From Craspedostauros australis (taxonomy: Eukaryota): 43,845 nt of DNA. The translations under genes and the position numbers were made by a program. Where the stretch lies: contig JALAGF010006573.1 of assembly GCA_030167865.1 (NCBI GenBank), forward strand, positions 1 to 43,845, in the 5' to 3' direction. Below the pieces are notes generated by a model. It did not search any database, was not told the origin of the DNA, and saw only the letters and a program-made list of their open reading frames with translations. Position 1 is the first letter of the stretch. Each line of letters begins with the position of its first letter. Positions 34,211 through 43,845 of the stretch are shown here, in pieces.

Positions 34211-35545
34211 ATGACGACCTGCAGCGAGAAGCAGCACAGCCGATGTCGGCAGCACAAACGGCAGAGAGCGGGGACCTTGATCATGTTCAACGTCCTCTTC
34301 CTGCTGGCGTGCCAAACAACAGCATTCACGCCGGCCACACGGCACCAACTTCAGCTAGCTTCTTTTCGGCGATCGTCGCTCCGCAGCAGTCGAAGTCCCA
34401 GCACCAGCAGCGGCAATCAGAACAGCAAAGATGATGATGAGGACGATGCCTTCATTGATGCCGACTTTGAGCGCGTCATTCAACAGGAGAATGGCAACAT
34501 GATCGACGATGAGGACGGCGACTTCGACTACGATGACGACCTGGATACCTGGAAGTCGCCGTACCAACCCAAGCCGCCCAAGACGCTCATCGATATGTCC
34601 CTCGAGGCATCCAAGGAATGGGCCGAAACGCGCGTCCCCTTCTGCCGCAACGACGAGTACATCGACTGCAAGCTGGCCTTCACGTCCACGATCGACAACC
34701 AGCTCTACGGCATCGCCGTGCCCTTCGATGATGCCGTCGCCATCGTCTTTGAGGAGCGCGATAAGAAGGACCCCAACAAGGTCACCATCAACTACATCGA
34801 TCCCGATCAGATCTCCAGCGCCGAGACCATCGAGGAGAACCTGGAGCTCATGGAGATCATGGCGGCGCAGGTGCAGGAGCAGCTCGGCAAGAAGTACTTT
34901 CTGCGCAAGACCCCCAAGGTCCTCACCATCTCGGGCGGCCTCAAGAAATTGACGGACAACTGGGAGACCACCCTGCTGCCGGAACCGATCGGGATGGAGA
35001 AGCTCCTGGAGGAGGTCGGCGACGAGCTCGGCGAGAGCTTCGGAAAGAGCGTCGACATGGATGATGAGGTCAACGAGTTTTTGGACTTCATGAGGGGCGA
35101 GCTGGGAGAGAGGGACGTGGAGCAGATCATGAACGACGATCCCAGCGATCTGGATCAAGAATGGGAGGACCTGTTCACGGTACCTGGATTCGGGACCGAA
35201 AAGGACGATAAGGATGCAATGGACAACATCATAAATGAGATGGTGCAAGATGCCGACGAGGAAACCAGGAAGACGCCCACCAAATACTTGACCATGAGCG
35301 ACGGCGTTGCTGCTCTCAAACTCATTTCGTACCGATTCACCAAGAGCGGCAACGCCTACACTCTCGCCAAGTTCATGAAGCCGTTCACAGTCATAGGGCG
35401 GTACATGCCAGCGACCATGAGGGGTGGTGAAGCCAAGGAGATGCTGCGCTTCGAGCTCCTCACCAAGGAAGAAGAAGAGATCGTGGTCCCCAAGCTCGAC
35501 AAAGTGTGCCGCGATGATCTGGAGAAGGCTGGATTTAAACTGTAG
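34211..35545 (+). CDS. Plastid-targeted acidic protein, DUF3727/DUF1292-like (start may be ATG 34283)
   Basis: 444-aa ORF with strong codon bias. A hydrophobic signal segment ends at TTA-FTP (ASAFAP-like) and is followed by an S/R-rich transit peptide. Mature motifs IDCKLAF...YGIAVPFDDAV, LRKTPKVLTISG and YTLAKFMKPFTVIGR..LLTKEEEEIV resemble cyanobacterial/plant DUF3727 proteins as I recall them; the family call is less certain than the gene itself. Confidence 0.8.
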   Translation: MTTCSEKQHSRCRQHKRQRAGTLIMFNVLFLLACQTTAFTPATRHQLQLASFRRSSLRSSRSPSTSSGNQNSKDDDEDDAFIDADFERVIQQENGNMIDDEDGDFDYDDDLDTWKSPYQPKPPKTLIDMSLEASKEWAETRVPFCRNDEYIDCKLAFTSTIDNQLYGIAVPFDDAVAIVFEERDKKDPNKVTINYIDPDQISSAETIEENLELMEIMAAQVQEQLGKKYFLRKTPKVLTISGGLKKLTDNWETTLLPEPIGMEKLLEEVGDELGESFGKSVDMDDEVNEFLDFMRGELGERDVEQIMNDDPSDLDQEWEDLFTVPGFGTEKDDKDAMDNIINEMVQDADEETRKTPTKYLTMSDGVAALKLISYRFTKSGNAYTLAKFMKPFTVIGRYMPATMRGGEAKEMLRFELLTKEEEEIVVPKLDKVCRDDLEKAGFKL

Positions 35546-35920
35546 GTGGACACGAGAGCAATATCGTATCGTATCGTATCGTTTCGGTTCATGTCGTTGG
35601 CAGATGTGCTGAGAAGAAACTGTTGGGCTGGCGATGCAGGCATTCGTTTCACCAGCAAATTGATGAGGCCAAGGCGCTCTGAGGATGCCCACGCACCAAA
35701 GGCGAACGCGATGCAATCCAATACAAACGCAACGTCAAGGACATGCGAGTCAGAAATGAGAAGGAATACGACGCCAAACACTCCAAAGAAGCCACAATTC
35801 CACGTCTCGAGCTGTAGTATTGGTAATTCGAATAGAGATATCGACTGGTGAACTTTCTATACTCGCTAAGATCGTTACCCCAGCAACACTCTCGTGATCT
35901 GAAGTGTTCGCAGCCTTGAA

Positions 35921-35948
35921 CGCATACGCATACGCATACGCATACGCA
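35921..35948. repeat. Microsatellite (CGCATA)n
   Basis: Direct reading; it lies between the convergent 3' ends of two genes. Confidence 0.85.
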
Positions 35949-36114
35949 CACTCTTTGTACATGCGTCTGCAAGGAGGCAACGAATACAATAATGAGGGAA
36001 CTGGAGTCGATCCATGTCCTGATTTAGACCATAATACTCGTAGCATGCTCTTCCAGGGTGCTCTGTGTTATCGAATCCTCTCTCGACATGGATCATTTCG
36101 ATTGCATTGCATCT

Positions 36115-38516
36115 CTACATGTCCAGATGCTCATGCCATTCCTGCACCAGCTCCAACCCCTTGTCGTCTTCCATGCCTTGCCATTTGATCAATTGCTGCG
36201 TCTCCGCCTTGCGCTTGATGCGGTACAGCACGGCGCTCAGCACCATCATCAGCCCGATGAAGCCAAGGCCCGTGATCTGATGACCGTACATGAGACAGCT
36301 CAGTGCGATGCTGAGCAATATCCTCGTCGTCATGATGAGCGTGAAGACGACAGCGCCGAAGTTCTTGATGGTGTAAAAGATGAGCAGCTGGCCGATCGTG
36401 GAGCAGATGGAGAACATGAAGAAGTGGAGGTGGATCTCGGAGTGCGCGTAGACGAAGTTGAGCGCCGGCGTGAGTTCGTTGGTGTGCACCAAGGTGATGG
36501 CGCTTAGCGCAGTGGAGAAGGCGGACGTGGCGAACATGAGCTCCACCATGCTGAGATCGGCGTGCCGCTGGAACATGCGCGATTGGAATTGGGACGTGAA
36601 GGAATCGAAGAAGAGGAACAGGAAGAGCAGCATGACGCCCGTCCACGCGGCGCTGGGCTCCGCCCCGTTCGTCATCGCTTGCAAGTTCAGTTCATCCGTG
36701 CTGGACATGAACATGGTGATTCCCACACCGATCATCACCGCTACGTAGTAATCATACGGTGGATCTGCACATCGTGTTGGTTGGTTCGTTCGTTCGTCCG
36801 TTGCGTGATGCAAAGAGGTCAAGTTGAATGAATGTCTCAGTGTGTGAGAATGAAGACAGCAGCATCCTCCTTCATCATGTGAGCCGCAGCGGTCTCCCCG
36901 ATACATTCATGCGTCTCCACATCCACATTCACTTGCCCATGCCATCGTGTTCGCGTATTTGCGCGCGCACAACTGATTCAATCGAAACACCATGACCTGC
37001 AACAACAACGATCATGAGAACCACGATGAACATCCCACTCACAAGTCTTGTTGCCGAGAATCTTGCCCATCGCCATGACGGGGGCGAGCTTGAAGCTCTT
37101 GAAGAGCGTGGTGGCTGGGAAGCTGACGTATCGCAAGGCCTCGTACTGGCACCAGCTGCTGAGCATGTTGGAGATGGAGGGGAAGGAGTACTCGTAGATG
37201 ACGGTGGTCTTGGACATGCGCGGCTTGAGGTAGAAGAGGAGGAAGCCGGACATGATGAGGGTCCAGAATCGGTTGGTGAAGACGAGCGCGTAGCTGTAGG
37301 TGAAGTAGTCGCCCGTGTAACGCGGGTATCGTCGCGTCAGCATGCGTTCCTGCAGGACGCCCCATGCAACGAAGGTGACGTTGAGCATGAAGCTGCAAAA
37401 GAGCAAGCGCTGCACGACCTGCGCCTTGGAGAGGCGATCCTGATCGAACTCCAAGAACTGCGGTTTGTATCCCTTGCGCTTCCTCGATGCTCGTTTGGTG
37501 TTCCTGCTGGTCGCCATCGTTCCTGAAGTTGCTGTCGCTGCTGCAGTGTTGGGCATCGCCAATGGATCGATGTGCTGGGTCTGCTCATGACCTCCCAAGA
37601 AGAGCAGATCCGCATCGTTGTTGTTGCTATTGGCTTGAATGTCGACGTCACCATCATCGTCGTCGTCGTCGTCATAGAAGAGCCCACGCTTGCCGTTATC
37701 TGCAAAGTCATCAAGATCATCCCCGCTATCCAACACTTCCAACTCATCGCCGCCGTCGTCGTCATCATCATCATCATCGTATTCTTCCTCATCGATATCA
37801 TAGAACTCCTCGTCGCTCGTTTCTTCGCCTGCCTTCAGTTGGATGTCACTGCGTCGGAAGGAGTAGCTGCGGGGAGTGCCACGCGTTCGGTCCAAGGAAT
37901 CCGGAAAGTAGATCTTGGCAACGAAGGTGGTGATGATGACCATCACGACGTCTGCGAGTGGAGAAGAGATTTGGAACGCAAAACATATGGCAAGTATGGA
38001 TGAGTACGGATGAAGCATGGGCAGAATCATCTCAAGGGTGAGCGGTGGTGTTTGAAAAAAGAACAACAGACCATGGACCTTTGCTTATGCATGGACAGAC
38101 ACGAATAAATATATGCATGAATAGGCGCATGTAATTCATTCATTGACTCCTTGCCTCCTTTCCTTCTGCACATCATCGCCACAAACGAAACATAATGTTA
38201 TTGACAGGTGTCATCACATGATAGTACCCCCACATCATAGTAGTAGCACCCCACGATGCCAATACTCACACAACAAAAAGTTGGTCGCCAAGAGATAGAG
38301 CTCCGCCTCGGCCGATTTGGAAAGGAAGGGCCGATTGGAGGTTGAAGATGCCATGCCGCCGCTGTCCGCAACGCCGTCCATCCCTGCAGCATACTCGTGC
38401 ATGTGCGCGCTGGAAACGGGCTGTTCCAGATTGACAAAGTCATCGTCGCCCGCGACAGCCGCCAGCGATCGCGACAGGATGTCGTGCGTGGTCGTTGCCA
38501 GATCGGTGAAGTCCAT
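36115..38516 (-). CDS. PAPS transporter 1 (SLC35B2-like) / UAA-family nucleotide-sugar transporter, 3 exons (38516-38270, 37951-37043, 36764-36115), 601 aa
   Basis: UAA-family motifs WGVLQERMLT, YSYALVFTNRF, SSWCQYEALRYVSFP...FKSFKLAPVM, FDSFTSQFQ and GQLLIFYTIKNFGAVVFTLIMTTR. Introns 37952-38269 and 36765-37042 both have GTGAGT..CAG ends, and both splice in frame creating Tyr codons. Exon lengths 247+909+650 = 1806 nt. Confidence 0.92.
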
Positions 38517-38786
38517 CGTCGTGTGTCTGTGTCGTGTGTCTGTATAGTATTGTTCGAATGGGATCGAATTGAGTTCAACACCGTCAGAATGAAAGGGTGC
38601 GATGAATGATGGGATGGATGATGAGATGAATGATGGGATCAAGTCACGCAACGGTCATCAGGGTCTTCCACTTGCTTTCTTTCTTGAGTACTTTCTTCAC
38701 TCAGCCTGGTTGGATGAGGATTCGATCAACTTAGATGCGTCGGAGGCAGAGGATGTCGCAACGCCAATGAATAGCAGCAGAGCGTG

Positions 38787-38828
38787 CTCTACTCTACTCT
38801 ACTCTACTCTACTCTACTCTACTCTACT
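38787..38828. repeat. Microsatellite (CTACT)n
   Basis: About 8 copies upstream of the transporter gene. A shorter copy of the same motif is at ~3021-3038, upstream of the giant gene. Confidence 0.85.
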
Positions 38829-39422
38829 TGCATGGATACGCATGCAGATGTGTTCCTCCCTTTGAATGGATGCGATACTGCCTCTCTGTTGCCAATGAAG
38901 ATGCTGCCGTTTGCTTTCGGTTGAACATGAACAACCACCACTTTTCTCGTGTGCGCGGTTCTCTCTCTTTTCCGCTTTCGCGACCGTTTGGTGGGAGAAA
39001 TGTCCACAATGTGATTGACCCATCCGAACACAATGACTACAGTTTTGGTCTTGGTCAGATCAGTCGACAACGCTCAACGAACCATCTCTGACGAAGGACC
39101 TACGTTGTGCGTGTCATTCAATCACAACACCAAGACGTAGTACGCTTTCTTGCTGACTTCTGCAAAGAGGACGACCTATCATGTACTATTATACCTTCCA
39201 ACTCCATGTCTTCATGGAGATTCTTGCATTGATCCTAACGAGTCGACTCCAATGATCAACAACAGGCTCACTGGTTGACGGAGTGCTACCTTGAAAATCA
39301 TGACATAGAATTACATGTTACTTGTTAGGTTTCTTTGGCGTGTGCATTTGCTTCATGGGAAGGAGGCTCTCGTATCTAACTCAGTGGGCGGGAGGGCGCT
39401 GCTGTTGGAACACGATGCCACC

Positions 39423-41966
39423 CTACTTCTCCTCTTCCTTCACAGTCTGCAAGGTCTCCTCTGACTGTTGCTGCTGGTCTTCCTGCTTGGCGGCATCGTT
39501 GGCGGCCTCGTCGTTCACGAAGTTGCCAGAGATCTTCTCACCTGTCTTCGTGTGGAGGGTTCCGGTGCCCTGCATCTTTCCGTCGTCGAACATACCTGCG
39601 TACATACCGCCAGAGACGAACTTGGCGATTCCCATTCCGTGCGCGACCAGTCGGCCGTCTCCGACCGAGCTTGGGCGCACCTGACCTGTGTAACTGGCGT
39701 CCTCGCCACGCAGGGTGATGGAGAAATTGCGAACGCGTTGGACGGACGCCAATTTCACCTTGATGGGTCCTGATGGGAGTTGGGTGGTCGCGGCAAGGGT
39801 TGCGGGAGCCGGCTCAGTCTTTTCATCTTCCTTGGAGTCTTCCTTCTTGGCATCGTCCACGACTGTTGCCTCTGTGGTCTCCGCTTCGGCCACAGCAGCT
39901 TTGGCTGTCTCAACTTCTTGCTTGGCTTCTGTCGCCTCAGCCGTTTGGGCGGTTTGTTCCTTGACGTCTCCTTCCTTCTCCTTGTCGCCAGTGACCGCTA
40001 CCTCCATGGTTTTCACTTCCGCTTCGACCTCTACCACCTTGGCTTTTTCTTGCTCGCCAATGCTCACAACGATTTCCATCTCACCATCGCCCTCGCCAAC
40101 CGTGGTGCAGGTGAGCTCCACAGCCTCGACTGTCTCGAATTGCTCCTCTTCGGCTCCAGCAGCTCCCTTGGTCTCTGGTTGGGCCAATTGCTCGTCATCC
40201 GATGCGGCTTCGACGGTTTCGAATTGCTCTTCGTCGCTCTCTGGCTTGTCGGTCGACTTGGCTGTCTCAGCCACGGCATCGGTCATGGCGACAGCTTCAT
40301 CGCTCTTGATCTCGGCGGCAGCGCCGTCGGTGACAGGATCAGCTGCCTTGTCGTTGGCCTTCTCCTCGACCTTGCTCTCTGACTCTGTCACTTCGATTCC
40401 GGCTTCAGCGATGGTGTCCTCGCTCTTGACTGCAACGACTGCGGCAGAGTTGTCCTCAAGCTGACTTTCGGTCTTGGTCACTTCGATTCCGGCTTCAACG
40501 ATGGTGTCCTCGCTCTTGACTGCGACGACGGCGGCAGAGTTGTCCTCAAGCTGGCTTTCGGTCTTGATCTCGACGGCAGCGCCATCGGTGACAGGATCAG
40601 CTGCCTTGCCGTTGGCCTTCTCCTCGACCTTGCTCTCTGATTCTGTCACTTCGATTCCGGCTTCAGCGATGGTGTCCTCGCTCTTAACTGCAACGATAGC
40701 AGCAGCATCGGCGACAGGGGCGGCCTCTTCCTTCTTGACCTCCACGACAGCATCGATCGTGGCAGGAACAGCAGGCTTGGTGTCATCCACGGAAGGAGGG
40801 GTGGACTTGTCGGTCGGCTCGCCAGCTGGTTTGTCAGCTTCAGTGACAGGAGTGGCAGACTTATCGGTAGACGCCTCTTCCTCCTTCTTCTGTTCCGCTT
40901 CTTCCTTGGTGACCGTCGCCTGCTCGTCAACCTTTGCCTCAGCCGCGACATCGACGTAGTCCTTCGCAACATCCGAGTCTTCGTCCTCTCTGATGTCGTC
41001 TTCCGGAACAGGCCTAGCGTTGTGAGCATCGGGATCTGGCCGCTTGCGTCCCTGTTGCTCCAAGAGCGCGGTGGGGTTGTCGGAGGTGGAGTCGTACATG
41101 ACATCGGCGATGCCGCAACCCCAGAACCATCCTGATTTCTCACCCGGGTTGGGCTTAACGAGCTGTGTCTCTTTCGATCGAGGTCGCTCCTCCATTTCGG
41201 CTTCGGGCATGGAGATTCGTGCGGGCTCTTCGGCTGGCTCCGACGCAACGACGACAGCCTCGTCCTCTTCACCGGCAGCCTTAGCCTCCTCAGTGGGCTG
41301 GACAGGCTCTGGTTCTGCCTGCTTAGCGCTCTTGGCTGGCTCAACGGCCGGATCAGGAGCACCAACCTCTCCAGCAGGATCGGCAGATGGTGCAGGCTTG
41401 GCGACTGGCTCCTTCTCGGCCGGATCGATGCTCTTGAGTTGCACCACAGGAGCTTCGCCAGACTCCATGAGCGCGCTGGTGCAGGTCCGCAGATCATCGA
41501 CTTCGCTCTTGAGCTTCTGGATGAGCCGGGCCTGATCCACGAGCAGACGCTCACGGATGCGATCGCTCTCGAGCTGCTTCTCCTTGCGCCGCACCTGCTC
41601 CATGTCGACGCCGGCGATGAACTCCTTGGGCTCGGGTGGCGCCACGTCGGCATCCGACGCATCGGGGTCCAAGCGCTGCGACGCAACGTGCTGCATGCGG
41701 CGGTTGGACGGCGGATCGCTGGTTCGGTTCTGGCGGTTGATGGAGTCCTGCAGGTAGCTCGTCGGCGAGGTCGGTTTGGATGCGGCGGCGGCGACGGCAG
41801 CGGAAGGATCCTTCAACCGCTCGACGCGTTCGAGGATGGAGAGGCTGTTGAGGTGGGACATGTTGTCGCCGGTGTTGCTGGTCTGATCAGCGTTCTGCGG
41901 AGATTCGGTCGCCTGAGGATCGTTCGTTGGTGTTGCGAAGAACGGGGTCAACGGAACGGCCAACAT
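39423..41966 (-). CDS. Long acidic Ala/Glu-rich protein with an N-terminal coiled coil and C-terminal MORN-like repeats (alternative start ATG 41861)
   Basis: 847-aa ORF preceded by a CA-rich leader. MORN-like YTG..HGMGIAKFVSGGMYAGMFDDGKMQGTGTL...GEKISGNF at ~39510-39692. Coiled-coil-like segment RRKEKQLESDRIRERLLVDQARLIQKLKSEVDDL. Confidence 0.85.
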   Translation of the reverse strand: MLAVPLTPFFATPTNDPQATESPQNADQTSNTGDNMSHLNSLSILERVERLKDPSAAVAAAASKPTSPTSYLQDSINRQNRTSDPPSNRRMQHVASQRLDPDASDADVAPPEPKEFIAGVDMEQVRRKEKQLESDRIRERLLVDQARLIQKLKSEVDDLRTCTSALMESGEAPVVQLKSIDPAEKEPVAKPAPSADPAGEVGAPDPAVEPAKSAKQAEPEPVQPTEEAKAAGEEDEAVVVASEPAEEPARISMPEAEMEERPRSKETQLVKPNPGEKSGWFWGCGIADVMYDSTSDNPTALLEQQGRKRPDPDAHNARPVPEDDIREDEDSDVAKDYVDVAAEAKVDEQATVTKEEAEQKKEEEASTDKSATPVTEADKPAGEPTDKSTPPSVDDTKPAVPATIDAVVEVKKEEAAPVADAAAIVAVKSEDTIAEAGIEVTESESKVEEKANGKAADPVTDGAAVEIKTESQLEDNSAAVVAVKSEDTIVEAGIEVTKTESQLEDNSAAVVAVKSEDTIAEAGIEVTESESKVEEKANDKAADPVTDGAAAEIKSDEAVAMTDAVAETAKSTDKPESDEEQFETVEAASDDEQLAQPETKGAAGAEEEQFETVEAVELTCTTVGEGDGEMEIVVSIGEQEKAKVVEVEAEVKTMEVAVTGDKEKEGDVKEQTAQTAEATEAKQEVETAKAAVAEAETTEATVVDDAKKEDSKEDEKTEPAPATLAATTQLPSGPIKVKLASVQRVRNFSITLRGEDASYTGQVRPSSVGDGRLVAHGMGIAKFVSGGMYAGMFDDGKMQGTGTLHTKTGEKISGNFVNDEAANDAAKQEDQQQQSEETLQTVKEEEK
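40302..40703 (-). repeat. Intragenic nested tandem duplication (258-bp and 90-bp periods)
   Basis: AVKSEDTI(A/V)EAGIEVT occurs three times; ESESKVEEKAN.KAADPVTDGAA twice (offset 258); TESQLEDNSAAVV twice (offset 90). Confidence 0.88.
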
Positions 41967-43845
41967 TGCAAGTTTGCTTCTGCTTCTGATTGCTGTTGCT
42001 GTTGCCGTTGGTTTGAGGCTGCGCTTGATCTTTGACTGTTGTCTGTCTGTTTCTGTTCTTTTGCACCTCTCGTCTGCGGCAACGTGTACGATCTGCTAAT
42101 ACGAATGCGTGATGGATGTCTTCACTGCGAGTGGAGTCGACTGAAAAAGTGTGGAGTACGGTTATGATGCGAGATAATTGTGTGCGCAAGGCGCGGAGCA
42201 ACAACGTGTGTTCAGCATCTTCTGCGAAGGAAGGCATCATCAAAGTCTTTACGTTGCGTTGGTGGGAGGTGATGATGTCTCGGTTCTGTATCGGAAAGTC
42301 AACGGTCCGATGACCGGCTTGCGCCACTCAACCGAATTCTTCGCTAAGTAATCGCTGCGCAGGTCCTGTCGTGGGGAGCGATGCGAAAATTTTGACGTCT
42401 ATGTGCATTGGCTACGTCGACTGCGAAAATGACATCTCACAAAACCGCAAGAACAAACGCAACGGCTTCGTGTGACACTAAAAATTACGAGCTCGATTGG
42501 GATCGGAGCACCTGCGACGGTCGAATTTCAGCACGCAGCCGTGTCAGCATCAAGCGAACGCAAACGTGCGGCTATGGTACGAATATAGAGCAGAGTTGAG
42601 CTGAGTGGTGGACGACTACTCGACGGATGAAGACCCCATCTTGTGTCCTATCAACCCCCATTCAGGGTCTGCACGTACGATTCTGAGGATTTGACATAGT
42701 AAAACGTGACATTACTAGACAACGATACGGCATGTTGTCCATTCGGGTTAGATCTATTTAGCTAGCTTCTAAGACACAACTGCCTGGCTGGCTTTTCCTC
42801 CCGCGGACGAAAATGATGACGTCACGGACGGTCGACGTCAGACTGCGATTGTATCCAACGGTGTGGATGGTGGTGTCGTGGCGGATTTGGCATCGCGTTG
42901 ATTCCTCACGTTGTTGGTGATTTGGCTCGGTTGGGTGTTTCCTCCTTTGTGCGTGTTGTGTCGAACAGCACAGCGTTGGTAGTGGCATCCCTGTGCATCC
43001 ACGGCAACAAGGACACTTGCGAATGCTACACAACACAACGTCATGTAATGGAGCACAGTGACTTATCCAATGGTATGCAAAATATGGTAGAATGTAACAT
43101 TATTTCACACTAAGCTTAGTTGTTCATACAAAGTCCTGCGCAACCTGCTTTGCTCCCCTTGGACATGGCATGCCGAGGTCTTCTGTTGAGCTGTTGGCAT
43201 GGTGCGGAAAGAGGCTGGTGGCGGTAGTGTCGTTTTCCTTGTTGTTACTCCTGTTGTGCTTTGAGTGCTTGCAGGTTCATTGACACCAAAACAAGAAGCC
43301 AACAGGAGAGCAGATGAACAACAGCCAGAAGCCAACAATGGCTGCTGTTGATGACAAGCAGAGAGGAGATCCAAACACACAGGCAGGGAATATGATAGAA
43401 CGATATTGAAAACGAGGGTAACTTACTGTACGCCGAAGGGTGATCAATCCGTGGTAGTGCAGTAGGTTGGTGAGTTTGTGTGTGAGTGTGTGTCTTAGTC
43501 TTTAAAAGCTGATACAAATCCAAATGAGACTTTCAAAAGGATTGTGAGCAGGTGATGAGCAGCATCCATTAGAGCTGGATCTGCATCATCTCTATTAGTA
43601 GTGGTATAGTGGAGCGTTGAGTCTCCCACGTGCAATCATCGCGGTGCCGATGTTGCCATTCGAGAGAGGAGACATCAATTTCGTGATGGTCGGAGAGAGA
43701 GTTTGTTGTTCACTCTCTTCCGATCACTTTTGGGGAATGATGTTCATTCAACGGTCTGGTACGTTTGTCCATCCAGGACAGGTCATGTCACGCCCATAAG
43801 TGGCGTGGGATGGCACGATCGCCCAAACCCAAATTCAGCGGACAC

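Noticed and set aside
34355..35716. 453-aa antisense ORF (similarly 32416-33006 and 39715-40464)
   Set aside because: In-register antisense frames of real genes, with no independent features.
36978..38066. ORF-track starts and ends (MFFFQTPP..., MYRGDRCG..., ...CEWDVHRG) as separate proteins
   Set aside because: These are intron read-through. The splice sites join the pieces into one transporter.
3256..38516. Functional cluster linking the secreted protein with the PAPS transporter (sulfated EPS)
   Set aside because: They are more than 26 kb apart with unrelated genes between; nothing in the sequence supports co-regulation.

Overview
Eukaryotic DNA, most consistent with a pennate diatom: bipartite ASAFAP-type plastid presequence, HSF with a C-terminal DNA-binding domain, diatom-type ankyrin protein, GT-AG introns and CA-rich UTRs. 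Six protein genes are well supported. (1) A giant secreted protein of about 1,900 aa built from about 41-43 Myxococcus-type Cys-rich (CGDG..EECDDGN) repeats between two globular domains (3256-9615, +; broken by assembly gaps and two unmerged contig overlaps). (2) An HSF-type transcription factor (-). (3) An ankyrin-repeat protein (+). (4) A plastid-targeted DUF3727-like acidic protein (+). (5) A three-exon PAPS/UAA-family nucleotide-sugar transporter (-). (6) A long acidic protein with C-terminal MORN-like repeats (-). Between the giant gene and the HSF gene lies a degenerate, apparently CpG-poor tract (~12.1-15.5 kb) that looks like nested retroelement debris. It contains two diverged copies of a ~245-bp segment, a CCHC-like knuckle, and a compact tRNA-like Pol III cassette (TATA, A box, B box, T4) with intact D and T arms but a broken acceptor stem and a non-canonical anticodon loop. 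A 10.8-kb stretch with no recognisable gene separates the divergent HSF and ankyrin genes. All family assignments are from motif recognition by eye; no searches were run.
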